NCBI GenBank assembly: GCA_002633005.1
Contig: NMRA01000023.1
Location: 1,112,194 to 1,176,193 of the forward strand
Source of the DNA: Phoronis australis
Taxonomy: Eukaryota; Animalia; Phoronida
Direction: 5' to 3'
Length of the DNA: 64,000 nt
Part shown: one piece after another, positions 49,935-63,830 of the stretch
Layout: the number at the start of each line of letters is the position of its first letter
Numbering within the stretch: the stretch's first letter is position 1
The notes under the pieces: generated by a model
Told to the model about the DNA's origin: nothing
The model's input: only the letters and a program-made list of their open reading frames with translations
Databases searched by the model: none
Translations under genes and position numbers: made by a program

Positions 49935-50012
49935 CGTGACTGCGTGTGTTTGTACGTGTGTGCGTGCGTACGTGGGCGTGCGTGTTTGTATGTATGCGTG
50001 TGTTTGTGTACA
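49935..50012. repeat. Degenerate (GT)n/(GCGT)n microsatellite
   Basis: gtgactgcgtgtgtttgtacgtgtgtgcgtgcgtacgtg... Confidence 0.75.
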
Positions 50013-51411
50013 CAGCTTCTTGTCAGATGCCTTATCTTAGGCAGAAGGAAAATCAACGATGCAGTAATTCAAATTCATTAAATAAAAGTTGTGGTGACAT
50101 TCTGATTTGACGTTTATTTCATCAAGTGATACTTGAGCCACAGTCCCGTGCATAACTAAAAACGCAATTTTTAAACCGCTCTACAGAGTAGGCATTATTT
50201 TTCTTCAAAACTCTGCACTGGTGTGGAATTGGCGAAAATACAAACTTATTGTTCAAAAACGCTAACGTCGCGCCGGGTTGTATTAGTGAATTTGTGCGAA
50301 AGAAAAACTATTTGAAAACTCAGGGAAAACTTGAGTTCTTGGGCCGTATTAAAGTTCATGTATGCGCAAGGACAAGATAAACGATGCAAAAACTTCTAAT
50401 TTGAAACGCAGTCTTGTGACGAGTATTTGAAACAGATGAGATGTAACAATATTACGTTTATGAAAGATAATTTCCTCTACGCATATTGACGCTATGAAAA
50501 TTGCTATTTCATTGATTATAAAAAAGATTGATAATGATCATTATGCGATTTTTGCGTAGATTTGTGAAGCATAGTTATTTTATAATCTGATGACAATTGG
50601 ACAGAGTTTAATTTCCGTCATGCAGGCTGTCACAATTTAAAGGATGTCTCTTCAAGCCTACGTTAAGTAAATCAGTCACAACTCGGAAGTCAAACAACGT
50701 CTTTCACAGTGCACAACCTCTGTAGCTGAATAATGTAGTTTGCGCTTACAAGTATAAAAACAAAGGCCGACAGGTAAGCTGCATAAACCCAAATTTAGCT
50801 CTTTGATCTAAAGATAGGCCAAATAACTGACATTTTCTGTTTAAATAATAAAGCATTCAATGTTCTTATTGGTGGATGTTTGTAACGTAATACCTTGTCC
50901 TCTAAATAATCAGATAGTGTTATTCACGACGAATTTTCCAACGATCTCATTGGTTATCACAACGTCACAACCTTTCCGGTCATATGGTTAGGTTTATGCT
51001 ATTCACCCGATAAACTTTCAACAAATCTCAAATTGGTTAATATAGCTTTTCAATCTTGCCGGGCAAAACATCTGTTTTTTGTCATTTACTCGAAAAACGT
51101 GTCGGTTCTTGTTAGACGGAGTGCAAGTAATTTCATGCCCGCAAGCTTAGAGTAGGCAATGGGAACGAAAACAAGTTCGGGAATAAGCGTAGATTAAATA
51201 ATAGCTCGTGCCCGAAATGTGGGCTTAACTGTGTATACAAAAACATTATGCCCGACGATTTCTAGTATCTTCTCCACGTTGAAAGTGACAACCAGCCCTG
51301 ATCGGTATCTCCATAAATCAATTTGTCGTTCAAGGTCTTATTAAGAGCCAACGTCGAAAACTGCGTGTTGCTAAGTACCTTCAATATCTGCACTGTTGAA
51401 GCTACAAAAGG

Positions 51412-54148
51412 TAAGGCCCGTAGCCATGGGGGGTTCGAGGGGTTCGAACGAACCCCCCCCGCGTAAAAGGTCCAGCCCCAGCCTATCCGTTAAAGATATG
51501 ATACAAAGCGCTACTGATTCAAAGCGCTTCACGTTATCATCGAGTCGTGCGGTACCCGGCCCACCTCGCCCAAGTGTTACTTGCGTAGATGACAGGATCG
51601 TGCAGACGATTAGAGGAGGCTTTATGTTACTCATCGGCATTGAACACGCGTGGTGGTTACACCGTAGGGAAACAAGGGAGTCTAGAAGTAAATGCCTAAA
51701 CCTAGCTAAGCTACATAGCAGCGAGATAGCTCCCAAAAAGTCACATTGCGGTGTGAACGTCTTAAAATCGACCATGAAGCAAAACAGCAGAAAATAGGTT
51801 TGTTATCTGATATTGCTTGCTAGCACAGTACGGTAAAGGGCAGACGTTTTCAAATTTGGAATTGAAAATGTTTGTAAAATACAGGTATGTTTTTCGTCAT
51901 ATAGTGTCCAATTCGAGAGTGGATTGGTGGATTGACATGCATTCGTGTACACGTATGTGCGTTTCCGTCCTTTTAAATTCAGTAGAAGCTGACGGTAAGT
52001 TACATGTATAGACAGCCCTCCATCATAGCTCAAAAACCTGAAGTTAACTATAATCGTGTTTGCTTGCTCTGAGAAAACACCGAAGGGCACGTTCAAATTT
52101 TTGGGGGGAGAGTAGGTCTAAACCCAATAAAAACTCTGGTCATTGGATATAGACTTCTCTTGTCACAAGTGTCAGTGGTGCACAGTCTCACACACTTCAT
52201 GCGAGCAACCTAATGGAAAAGATTTCCAACCAGAGGCGGGTCTGCGGAGGGGTGTTCACGGGGTTCAAACATTCCCCTCGGGAAAAGATCAAAAATAAAA
52301 ATTAAAAAAATGTCACCAGGAAAACAAAATCAGATACTAAAAACCAAACAAAATCTTACACAAGAGGGGGAATCCCCTCACGACCTTCCCTACGCTCGGC
52401 GCTACGCGCCTCGGGTTCGGGCGAATCCTACCCCCCCCTACCCCTTACTGAAAACTTTTATCTGACAGTGCCAAGGTTAGATGCCACAATTCCGAAGGTG
52501 CGTTACTCCGAAGGTCGTCTACTCCGAAGGTTTGCCACCCTCGAAAGTTCACTGATTTGAATGTCCACAATTCCAGAACCAGAACTCCGACAATTATTTT
52601 TTTTACTCGGGTCTCTGAAACAGCAGTCCAGGCCGCAAACCACTGAGCCAAACAGTTCATTACTCTGATCGTCTGCTAATGAGTCGTAACAAACGTGAAT
52701 AAATTATTGTATTTGTGTCCATTTAGTAACAATATAAAAGGGTTTGAAAAAGTTGACTAGTTCTTAATACATTGATTTCATTGTTGAGATCGGTTCCAAT
52801 CACTGCCAATCGTGATACTTGAATCTAATTAACGACTCTCAATTAGGTGCAACATCTGGAGCACGGGTACAGGCTGCGGCAACCAAAGGTTTCAAATTTA
52901 AGAAGACTGAATGGGGCTCACTGACTATGTGAAGACTGGCAGGGACTGGGTAGCCTGCTAACTACATTTGATTTCGACCCGCTTGTGCGTGGTTCAGGTG
53001 GGTGAGGTTCAGACGCAGCGGCCCTAAACTTTTCAGTCGCGCTGTGAAATGCTGTGACCTTGACATGAATTTTGATGAATGCATCGCGGTTGATAATCCA
53101 TCAATATTCCCACTCCAAATTGTTTAAAATGCAATAACGTTAACAAGGAAAAAAGGTTTCGTTAAGTTAATATCCGACTAAATATTTCTGACCGAGAAGG
53201 TGTAATCGCTCATTTAAGCACGCCTGATTTGAAAATTTGGTAAGAAGTAACGAGGAGAACGCTTTGGACCACGTTACATCCGAAATGAGTCCCATTTTTG
53301 CAAGCAACCGTCACGGCCTCGCTGGTTCCCTGCGTGACGCTGGGTGGTAGCCTGCAAGCCTGGTATGATCCCTTAATTTTCCTCGGGTATTTTTTTAAAA
53401 CCGTCTTTTCTGATTGGCTGGTCGATTTCTCAACAAGCAGCACTTTATCCAAACAAACTGACATGACTGATGGAGGAAGTGTAAATGTGGTCTGTTGTAC
53501 AGACAAATCGGTGCTTAAAATTCATGTTCAAGAAATGTGAATCCCAGAAAATTGTGGTTGCGCCTTTCGGATTGCATCTTCCTAATGTCGCTGGCTTTTG
53601 TTTACGTTAGGCCTACTGTCCTATATTTATACAGTATGAATAACACACCAGTTAAATCGACCAGATGACGGCGTGTTTATTGTACATGTATATTTGTGCT
53701 TCTGAGCACACGGCTATTATCATTAGGCCTACTGCAGAAACAAAATAGTTGCTGCTACGCCACTTGCATGGACAAGGCTTAACATTTTCCAAAGTCCGCC
53801 ATTTTCTCACTTTGTTGTAAAGCTAACCAATGACTGTCGAGGTTACATCAACCAGTGATAAAGCGCGTGCAACTGACTGCTACCTGCGTGCTGGCTACCA
53901 CCTAGCGGCACGCGGGGAACCGGCGAGCCGTTACGGCATCCTCATCTCTGTTATTACTAAATCCGTCTCATCTCAAAAACATAGAACTGAGAGTCATCTT
54001 TGTTTATACAAATTTCCCTTCCCCCTGATTAAGCTGCGTCAACTGAGGGCCTTAATGAAAACTCCACAGTGACGACGTTTGCAAAGTATGGGGTCCACCT
54101 TTCAAGAAATTCGAACCACCCCCTGCGCAATGCTGGCTACGGGGGTTG
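51412..54148. mobile_element. Possible non-autonomous DNA transposon, or nested MITE fragments, with G-rich ends
   Basis: Left aggcccgtagccatggggggttcgaggggttcgaacgaacccccc; right gaaccaccccctgcgcaatgctggctacggggg (shared inverted cccgtagcca); related internal segment at 52231-52445; actccgaagg repeats at 52490-52530; no TSD found. Confidence 0.4.
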
Positions 54149-55327
54149 TGCCAACAAGATTGCTACGTCACATGTATTGACCAATTAGATCAATGAAAAT
54201 TTTGTCGGAAGAATTGAAAAAATCGGCTTATTTTGATGACCTGCCGGGACGAACAGACACTTTCATAATAAAAACGTGACACATGCCTATGCCCAGGATG
54301 TAAGCCACGTGGCAAGATTCATAACCAGAAATCCGAAACTGAGAACGTCTTATCGTGATTCAACAAATTTTGGTTAGTACTCACAGGACCTGAATGTCGA
54401 CGCGCGGGTTTGAATGAAATCTGAGCTGGTACATTACCAAACAATATGTCCTACTCGTCTTGTAGTCGCCTTGAAACTAAAACGCGCAACATTAAATGTT
54501 GTACAGTAAGAGATGGCTAGATCAATTAACAAATCATTTATTTTGAATGACTTCTGTGTTCAATTTTCCAAGACGTTTCGATCAACAATTTCTCCTACCA
54601 TCCTCAGTGAGGGGCGAAATGGGACAAGAAAGCTCCCCCTATAATATAGTGCTGCACCTTCAACAACAGGCACACAAAAATCGAACTTTGGTTAAAAATG
54701 CTCCTGGTATGCGTGAGTAGGCCAACTATAGTCGTCTCTCATTAAAAGCATTTAATTTTTTTAATTAGAATGAGGCGTTTAGATCGACCTAAAAATGGTC
54801 GGCGACTGTTTTGAAAATATTTGCACGCACGAAGTACATGTTTTAAAGAACTTAAAAGTTAATTGGTGGGGCAAAACTTAAAGCGCCTTTAACTCTACAC
54901 TATGTATGCTTTCCATGCTTACTTCTAGTTTGATTTTTTTAAAAATATTTTGCGTTTAATTGTTTGCAATTGTTTTCTATTTGAACGGATAAGCCTTATA
55001 GTCACAGTATTTCTGGTGTTTTAAATGTTTTCAAAGTTACTTTATTATTGTTTGAAGTTTCAAACTTTGGCCTCTCAAAAGCATACGTAGTGTCGTTTTC
55101 GCATATCGGCTGTAACTCGGGGCCTGTTCTAGTAAAGGTCGTAATTCCAGTCTTATTAAAGATCGTCGTAACTTGATTTCAACTTCCACGCGGTCACTAA
55201 GACTGCATGTAAAATTATCAACATCATGTAAGTTGCAAATTTTTGCTCTTCTACTACGCAGTGTCACGTTCGCATGCTTACAATCGCCTTAGCTGCAACA
55301 GGACTTACATGTACACGTACGGCCTTT

Positions 55328-56130
55328 GTTATGCGCCCACATTTTATAAGTGGGTGCATATTGCCGTCTTCTCTGTCTGGGCGTCTGGCAATTGGGCGTC
55401 CGGCGTTCAGGCGTCCGGCGTTCGGGCCTTTGTCGTCCGGCGTTCGCAGCTGTATCTCCTAATCCCGTCCTTGCAGGATCTTGACGAGATTTGGCAGATG
55501 TGTTCCTATGAAGCTGACGACGCATGACGATGAATTTCGCACCTCGCTGAATATCGGTGTGCCCCCTAGTGGCAATTTTCTTTTTTACGTTCATCTCTGC
55601 ATCGTCGGAGGTCCTCAATGAATTTTCATGAAATTTGGCAGTTAAGCATCTGTTAGTGAGGTGATAGTATCCGCCACTTCTTGAATGGATTTGAGGTACT
55701 TTGCGCCACCTAGGGGCCAGTTTTACTGTTTTTGAGACTGTTTTTGGCGTCCGCCACTGTATCGACCAAACCGCTCTAGGAATGATTGTGGAAATTGGGA
55801 TATATGTTTTTATATTAAAGAGGGCGCCTGACGATGCTTTTCTGACGACTTCGACTACTGTGGTGCCTACTAGTGGCAGTGTTGTTTGTTTTTACGCCCA
55901 TGGCTGTATTTCCTAAACGCTCTACGTGTGTATTTTTATGATGTCGACAATGAACAACGACCACTTTCAGACGGATCCGACAAGCACTGTGCCCCCCAGT
56001 GGCAATTTCATTTTTCTGTGTTTCTCTGAAGCTGCTTGAAGGTTTTTTATGAAATTTGGTATTGAAACAATGACTGACCAGTGCCCACTCATAATGAAAC
56101 CCTATACGCCAGACAGCTGTTCAGGTTCCA
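55328..56130 (+). mobile_element. Helentron/DINE-1-like element related to 30827-32280
   Basis: 5' hairpin tatgcgcccac-attttataa-gtgggtgcata, ggcgtccggcgttc microsatellite, and four tandem units with gtgccccctagtggc-type cores. Confidence 0.65.
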
Positions 56131-59100
56131 TTCATGTTTATGAACTTTCAATATTATTGTTGTTTTGCGCTCACAACCCACACATATTTCTGGTTGGCTA
56201 TATAAATTGTAGTTAGAGTTGATAAACTTTGCGTGACAGTAGAAACTTAACGACTGTGTTAGTTTTTATGCTGCTCTTTCCGTCAACTTGCTGTTGCTAC
56301 CTTGTTAGCCAACTACAGGTATATACCTTTCAACCAAGAACCGGGTAACACAACTACATGTATACTACCCCGATCTATCTCCACCTTGCTGGAACTGTGT
56401 CCTCATATTGCTGGGACCGTATTCTTCACACCTAAAATTAAAAATCCTTTTTCCTTTACATTCACCAACTTACACTTTCAAGAACACAACAGGAGGTCAG
56501 TGAAAACGTATCACTGAAATATAAACATGTCTTAACTTTCAACTCTGTTTGCACCGGGGGTTTGGAGAAATCTCATTAAATATGGCGACAGTTGAGTGAG
56601 CACCCATAATGCACAAGGCAGCTGTCACTCACTACGGCGGCCATTGTAGCTAGCGGTGCACCTTCAGGAATAAAAATATACTGCACTTACATTTTAAATT
56701 CAGTGTATTTGAAAATTTTTGCTATTGGGTTGAATGAGCATTATTTTGGCTTCGGTTTAGATTGAATTTGCTTGCATGTACATACATGTACATCCGTTTT
56801 ATAATTTTTTAACTAAAATGAAGTGGAAAGAGCATCTTTCAACGTGTTTGCAAACTTTAAATGTTGTAGCAAAAAAGTGCAAATGTAGTTGATTTTTGGA
56901 GGCATGTTATTTAAAATTCTGAGCATGCAATTTGTACTTATCATGTACTAGTTAAGAACATATTCCAATAAGCTCAGGTCACCATTCTAGGTTAATGCTA
57001 GTAACGTTCCTGATTGCTAATCCCATTAGCACGATCATTATACTTGAATTTGATTTTGTTTTAACTCATTCACGTTTCACTAGGTGGGCGACTTCGGTGC
57101 CTACATTGAGTTCTAATGTCGCGCTGCATACAGCACACTACAGCAATGCTTAACGGGTTATATTACTTTGAACTACTAAAGCACGCTCATTTTCTAGGCG
57201 TCATTTATGATATGACTGATAAAACGTGGAAGTCATTAAATGCCTAAGATAATGGGCATTGTACTATTGTCTAAAAGTTACAGATTAGAAACATTTGGAA
57301 CGAATTCTTACGTTATCCTGGGTTATACATGTAACATAAAATGTAAAAATGATTTCAATATAAAGATTAAATCCCGAGCACTCGTCTTTCTTTATTCGTT
57401 TCTGTTTTCGTTACTTGATATCGGGCACAGGGAAATCAATATTAGTGGCAGCCGCTGCACAAGTGATGTAAAAAAAGATTGTAATTACTAATCTCTGTAC
57501 ACAAGTTAATGTCATAAATGCAAGCCAGTTTTATTTGTGTGTTATTTGATTATCATGTCTTGGTATCACAGGTCACTCGCATACACTCCGTTATAGACTT
57601 CTAATAATGCTCGGTATGATGGTGTCATAAGTTATGTTGTCAGGATTTATTGGTAATTTCATTCACCAGGATGTAATACATGTATTTCTGAGCGCAATGT
57701 GTGACTGAAAAGTAAACATGCTTCGATGTAAGTAATGAGTTAGTGTACTGCGACTGTGGAGTGCGGGTCTTGTCCGCGACAATATAGTTGACGATGAAAA
57801 TAATTATGAATTGTGCATTTGGATCATGAAATGGTACGTGACGCTATGATTAAAAGCCAGCAATTCACCTGAGTAAAATTCTTCAGCAAGTTCTAAAAAT
57901 GGCATTTGGGTGGAAATTGCCTATGTGCTAGAGAAGATCTATGCAGCTACACGTGAAGCGCAGACACATTCGCTTATCCATTTTTGTGTAAAGACACTTG
58001 AATAAAAATGCTTTCGAAAATAGCGCGTCCCTTGAGATATAGGCGCATAGGCGTTTGCTACAAGCAAGAACACTTCTGAAACCATCCGCAGATGACAAAA
58101 TTGTCATAACAAAACTATTCGGAAAAGTAAAGCTGCAAAATACTATAGAGAAAATATGATTTATTTATATGATGATTATTCTATTTTAGCGCAATTTGAG
58201 ATCATTATTGTCCACTAAATAACGGGCATAAAACAGGTTCTCAAAATCCGTGACCGCTGTGACAGGCTATTGCCTCTACCTAGTATGTATTGTTTTGTAT
58301 CTGATTTAGTTGAATAGCTACCCATATGTTCCTCATACGGGACCTAGACATTCTCTGTAGTTTACGTTTTTTTTATTTAATTTTCTATGTTGAGAAGATG
58401 GCCCCTTGGAAGCATTTTGACTGGGTTTTAATCTTGGCCATTTTCAGATGTGCAAGCTAAGGCTATCATTACGCAAAATTCTGTTTTTGCTTCCTTACAA
58501 AGAACTCTAATTAGTTTATTTCATAGTTTGCCCATGGTTCCAAGGTCAATGGCCGGGTTTCGTGGCGCTAGTTTGCAGGTGGATAAATCGTGAATTTGCA
58601 TAATTTATGCAAACTAAGACCGCCATTATTTAAATATCTTTTCGTGTTTATAGCTGAGTTAACAAGCACTGCAGGTAATGGCATTGATATTTTCACATAC
58701 GTTTCTATACTCAGTTTAAAATTCATTAAAAAAAGCTTTATCGGTTGTTGCACGACAAATCAACGTAATTCATGCAGCTCATGGCGGCCATTACTCATAA
58801 TTCTGTTTCTGCTCGTAACTTACCCCACAGGGCACGACATTATGTCATTTACAATTATGTTTTCGTGGAAAATGAAGTTAATGAAATAGTTAGCAGGTTA
58901 TTACATCATAATTTATGTAGATGAAGGTCGACGTTATTTATTTAGGATGTTCCCCATACACAGAGTGGTTTATTACAGAGCATGCGCGTGGTTTAAATGG
59001 TTCCTATCTCTACAGAGCATGCGCGTGAATCAAACAATTACAGCCAATTACACACCTCTGTGTTATAGGTACGACACCCTAAAACCCAATCCCGGACAAG

Positions 59101-60933
59101 CAGACACCAAACCTGAGGTACAGATTCTCACATATGCACCCTTAAAGTCCATACATGATGGGCAAGGGTTCTCGCCGGTTCTTAATTTTTAAAAATCAAG
59201 ACAGGCAATTTCCGTGGATGGTTGTCACGTATTCACCTCATAGATTAGTGATCGCAGGTTGTTACTGATTAGTGCTATTAGCTTTCGGTGTGATGATAGA
59301 CTGAACACTGGTTCGAATTAATCACTGCATTAATATCATGTTCAAATTCTCCTGAAACAAAACGTCTGAGGCAGTGCATGTGTGGCGAGGACACACTGAG
59401 CAGTGTAACTGATAATATATATGCCAATCAAAATGAACGAACACGTACATCTGTAGATTATTACGACAAATATCGTATCTTTAGAGGACGGCTTTTCCAT
59501 AAATGTTTGACAAACTTGTAAAAAGAGATATTGTTATTTTGAGTATGTCAGGTTGTACTTCAGTTGTTGGCTCTGGACATTTCTTTAAGCAAACCTTCAA
59601 AGTTTACTTAGCTTGACCTTGCAGTTGTAAGACAAATCGGTAGTGACGGTTAAGCTGTGCATATGAATGGTCTTAGTAAGACGATTCTCCATACTAGCAG
59701 CACACTTCTGGAAATGTTTCCAGGTCTTGTTTCAGAGGGTACAGCCGCGTTTAAGACTTTTAAACTTGATCAAACCATAAAGGGTGATGTTACCAAGACA
59801 AATTTACGACGATTACCCGCATACTGATTTCGATCTATTCACTGACTGCGAAAAGACGGGTGTAAATATTAAAATAATCTACATGCATCCCACGAAAGGA
59901 AGTTGCCATGAGCAGAAACAGAATTTTAAATAACAATGGTGGCCACTATGTGCATGAATTGTGCAAATTTACCACGCAACAACCTGCTAACTGATTTTCA
60001 ACACGGGTGTCAGTATATTTAACCCGTGGTGCCTGATACAAGTAGAGATAAGCACAAGTAAAATTTTTAGTCATGGCTTCCTTAATCTGCACAATTCATA
60101 CAAATTCTCAATGCATCCCGAGTAGCAATAATCTCATTTTTATCCATAAAATGCAATGTGATCTGAGTGATTTGCTTAAAAGCTCGGAGCTATTACTTTT
60201 TTGGCTTTCTAAACTATGCAGAAATCAAAACTACAAAATACATGTACGAAACACGTAATAACGAACAAAATTTTTACGGCTGCTGAGTGTACTTTATTTG
60301 TGTTAATAAAGAAGCAGTAATGAAATGGAAAATCATATATTTATTTTCATAAAACTGGCATTGATGACGTTACTTGTAGTAATTATTTGAGTGTACAATG
60401 GGCTACATTGTTTGTTCACTGTAAGTTTATTGCAAAAGTTGAATATTGATTCCTTCTTTGATCTTGGATTTGCACGCATTTAACCTTGCTCCTGAGTTGT
60501 CAAACCCACCTGGTACATATTTTGCCGTCTTGTAGCGAGCAAGAATGACTTCATGAATCATTGTTTGTTTCCGTCCGGGTGTTATCAAGCATTGAGCTCC
60601 AGTTTTTGTAAGGTAACATAAGTCCGCGTGCAGTCAAACTTTTCATTAATGCGATATAATTCTGGTCTCAATTTCTTCCTTAGACAACCTTGTTAAGACC
60701 TAAAATTTCATTATTGTTTGAGACCAGGGTTTAATACGTTGGCTCAACACTGTGAGCCAGTTTATGCCCAAATCATGGCCTCAAGAAAAAAACGAGATTG
60801 ATCAATTCTACCCATTCCCACAAATTTCTTCTAATTTCAATAAACAGTTGAGACCAGTGCTATAATTGTAAGTGGCCTATACGCTCATTAAAGGTTCGTT
60901 TTCTTGTGGAAGTCATACAGTTGTATTTACAAC

Positions 60934-63830
60934 TAGTCGGTGGGCCAGATTTTGTAGGGCCTCTAGAAAATGGTTTTTGTGAATACTTTAGGGGGGCAAT
61001 TTTATTTTGGTGTTTTTTAATTCATTTATTAGAGTGTTTTCAAAATCTAAAAAGTTCCCACTTATAAAGTTGTACATTTTTGAGAAATTTTAGTTTGAAG
61101 TTACCTAATAATCACCAAAGAGCTTAGTAAACTTATATTTGTAAAAACAACAGTTTTGGTGACTTTTTTGTAAAACAAGTAATATGGTCCCATCAGTGCC
61201 ATTGTATTGAACAATATTACACTCACATTACATGTTTAACTATTGTAGATTAATTGTAAAAAGTGAAATTTAAAAAAATTAAAGAGACACCTACTGGCAA
61301 AAATGCAAACTAAATCTGAATGTTACTAGGAAGTTATTCTGGCATTGTCAGGCAACAAAAATAACACAAAACACTTGAGACTGGGCAAAATTTGTGCCTC
61401 AGTGACTAAAACATTGACTAATGGTGTAAAATACAGCTTGTTTGCATAATACACCAGAAATACGTTATAGTACAAAAACAATATAGTTGAATGATCTCTG
61501 TGAATGTGCACAAAGACTGTATGAAAATAATAGATTATTCTGACAGCGTTTATCAAGCAGTATGAGACAAATACATGACAATGATCAAAGTATGTACTTT
61601 CTATGACTTAATCAACAAATAAAATTAACTTTTTAATACAAAAAAGGAAATAACGGGGTTGGAGGTCTATTTAGGGTTGGCCTGTCAAAGAACTATCCAA
61701 TGTTATGCAGTCAGTGTTGCTGATGTTACTACAGTTGTCACAGCTGCACATTTCTGTACAGTTTGACCCAGCATTGCAGCACAAACTCAGTTTCCCAGCA
61801 CACATGTTCTTTTTGCACTTGCAGCGTTCATCGTTTAGTACTGTCAATGGAGATGCGGTCATTGCCATACATATTAACTGCAAAGCTCCACCGCCAAGGA
61901 GCCAACTATGGTCGATTAGAGAGGGTACAGCACTGCACACTGGTGATTAGCCCGCAGGCAATGAAGGGTCAAACACTAAGTTCTTGTTTGGAGGCGGGCA
62001 CTATTTGGGCAAACGTTTGATTCAAAATATGTTACAATGGGCTGTGTTAATTAGAGTCAGCAAGTGAATTATTGAACACTAGCCTCAATTCACTTTCGTA
62101 TCTCTTAGTCAGGCACAAACTACAACAGTGAGTAGCTTCAACAATATTTCTTAAGATTGCCTGTCCAAATAACTTCATGCACACCAGCTTTCTGAAGAAC
62201 AGCTTCAAAGTCTTGCTTTATTTTTGAAAGGCAAATGACATCTCCATGTGCTAGAAGCTTTGATTCAATGAACTCCAAACAAAACTGTAGAAAAACATCT
62301 CTGAAAACTGGGGATTCGTCACTCTCCACAATCTTTGTCTTTCTCTTTTTTATAGCATGATGATCTGTGGTACTTGGCTTCTAAGACACAAGGTCTTTAT
62401 CTTTGAATTTCATTTGCATATTCAGGGCTCTGGACTGAGCTGTTGCTTGCGATACAAGTCCAACTGAAAAAAACCCGAACTGTTAACACTAATTTAACAT
62501 TCAACTATGAGTGAGTTGGCATGCAACTTTTTCAGACGGACGTATCAGGAGCTGATCCACCACCAGCCTAACAAATTTACATGCCGTTTGATCTGTAGCC
62601 TAATAATGTTGATCGTCTAATAATTAGATCAGTAGATGCAGCTGAAAATAAATCAGCTGATATACCTGTGCAGTGATTGAAATTTATTTTTTTTTAAATC
62701 AGATGCTCAAACCATAGTCAATCGATTTACACTTAAGGTAATCGACGTTTGACGAAATGGACAGTGGCTTCCATCGTCCTCAAATTTCGACGGCGACGAT
62801 GGCCACTTAGGCACTTTAATTTAATTATCATTGCAGCTGCTACCTAAGTAATTAATGTTTACAAAAAATTGAGACTACGGCAGGGGATGACGGCCACTTG
62901 GGCATGTTGTTTGCAACTATCTACTCCATTTAACCTTCTCAAAAATTTTAGACTTAAAGTGCTTTAAAATCACACCCACAGTATAACGCCATAGGATTAT
63001 CCCTTAGCGCAAGCAGTGTCGATGTGGCAACTGAATGGAGTGTTCGAAAAACAGGATTGCAGGAGTATTTGTTTAAACTGGGAACAAATGAAAACATTAA
63101 CGACCTCCTCAGAGGCATCTCTCTACGCGGTACTTCTAAACTTATAGGAACATAATTTGCCGAAAAGTATCCGGCATATGAAGTACCTATGGTATGATCA
63201 TCGTCTCTACTGGGTCAGCAGTATTGTCTAAGGCCTAGGCAGCCAAGGGGCTGAACAAGTTAAAAAACAACTGGTGATAATACTGAAACACACATGGAAA
63301 ACACCAAGATGTATTTTTAAAAAACACGTACCTGTTTTTGAAAGCTATACTTCTTTCTCTTTCTTGAAATGTGGCCCATAATGTACTTTTCCTGCTAACA
63401 AATGATGCACTCATGTTTCAGAATGTTCCTATCTTGTTCAGGTTAATTGGGTGTTTCAGATTTTGGAAGTAATTGATTTTCTTGGGAAATCTTGGATAAC
63501 ATCTGTATCACTTTCAGCAACTTCAGCTTTAGTACTACTGTTGGTGCCTTGAAACGTTGCTATGCCGTTCTATGTCCTTTCAATTTTTTGGTCTGACACT
63601 TGGTCTTCTAGTCTACAGCACTCAGCAGTATACTGTGTAGGCTACCAGGACATGCAGATGTTTTCTGCACAAACGTTTGTGACACCTCTTCTTCTTTTTG
63701 ATCTACTGATCTACAGAGTTCCACAGTCAATCAGCTTTCGTCAGGAAGCTTTCCTAAGCTTCTTTAGGCTCTGACATCACAATTTTGTGCTGTTTGATAA
63801 ACCTTGAATTATACAGGCATCACACTCCAT
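60934..63830 (-). mobile_element. Decayed, internally deleted Academ (AcademX)-like DNA transposon in TRPC intron
   Basis: C-terminal Cys-rich finger PSLIDHSWLL...CKCKKNMCAGKLSLCCNAGSNCTEMCSCDNCSN (61671-61940); fragment VFLQFCLEFIESKLLAHGDVICLSKI (62138-62329); RNILKHECIIC* near 63400; MECDACII at 63830; TAG-starting terminus tagtcggtgggccagatttt at 60934. The other end was not found. Confidence 0.65.

Noticed and set aside
60424-60633. Open frame of about 68 codons on the minus strand (LHADLCYLTKTGAQ...KEGINIQLLQ)
   Set aside because: A stop lies immediately upstream, no credible start or in-frame splice acceptor, and no family confidently recognised.
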